From Octopus sinensis (Eukaryota), in the NCBI RefSeq assembly GCF_006345805.1, contig NC_043000.1, forward strand, positions 18,290,001-18,354,000: a stretch of 64,000 bases of DNA. The letters run 5' to 3'. The notes beneath the pieces were generated by a model, which saw nothing but the letters and a program-made list of their open reading frames with translations, had not been told where the DNA came from and did no database searches. The translations under genes and the position numbers were made by a program. Positions 63,870 through 64,000 of this stretch are shown in pieces; the first letter of the stretch is position 1, and each line of letters opens with the position of its first letter.

Positions 63870-64000
63870 ACACGGTGGATGTGATAAACATAAGAAGGCC
63901 GAGGGTGTCTTGGCATCACTCAGCAAGACTTTTGTTAGCCGCTCTCCAGCCATCTATTTAAAACTGTATACAGCTATGGTATGACCACACTTGGAATTCA
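63870..64000 (+). pseudogene. CR1/L2-group LINE ORF2 fragment running off the window
   Basis: KKAEGVLASLSKTFVSRSPAIYLKLYTAMV*PHLEF resembles KA..MLG...RTF..R....L.LY...VRPHLEY. Confidence 0.65.

Overview
AT-rich, repeat-saturated animal genomic DNA. The SINE families and (TA)n/(CA)n density look like an octopus or other coleoid cephalopod; this is recognition, not a database result. I could not support any intact host protein-coding gene. Almost all supplied ORFs are translations of microsatellites or SINEs, or fragments of decayed transposons. The window holds four SINE-like families (called A-D here) and decayed LINEs: RTE, Tx1/L1, CR1/L2-group, and R4/Dong-type with a restriction-like endonuclease. 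It also holds a decayed Penelope-like element (PLE) reverse transcriptase, Tc1 and mariner transposase remnants, several MITEs and two non-autonomous Helitrons. The most interesting signal is a set of minimal type I hammerhead ribozyme (HHR) motifs. (i) A 357-365 bp tandem array at 58556-59602 carries two intact-looking HHRs with a compensatory U3-A8 core (UUGAAAA...GAAACGCGUC), possibly a second HHR-like motif per unit, and a terminal foldback; it resembles a retrozyme or PLE terminal-repeat array. (ii) A tRNA-headed, HHR-tailed SINE-like element is inserted as a head-to-head dimer with a 12-bp target-site duplication (TSD) at 51550-52120. (iii) Two further degenerate HHRs lie near 43100 and 47430. 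All coordinates were read by eye; the ends of decayed elements are approximate.
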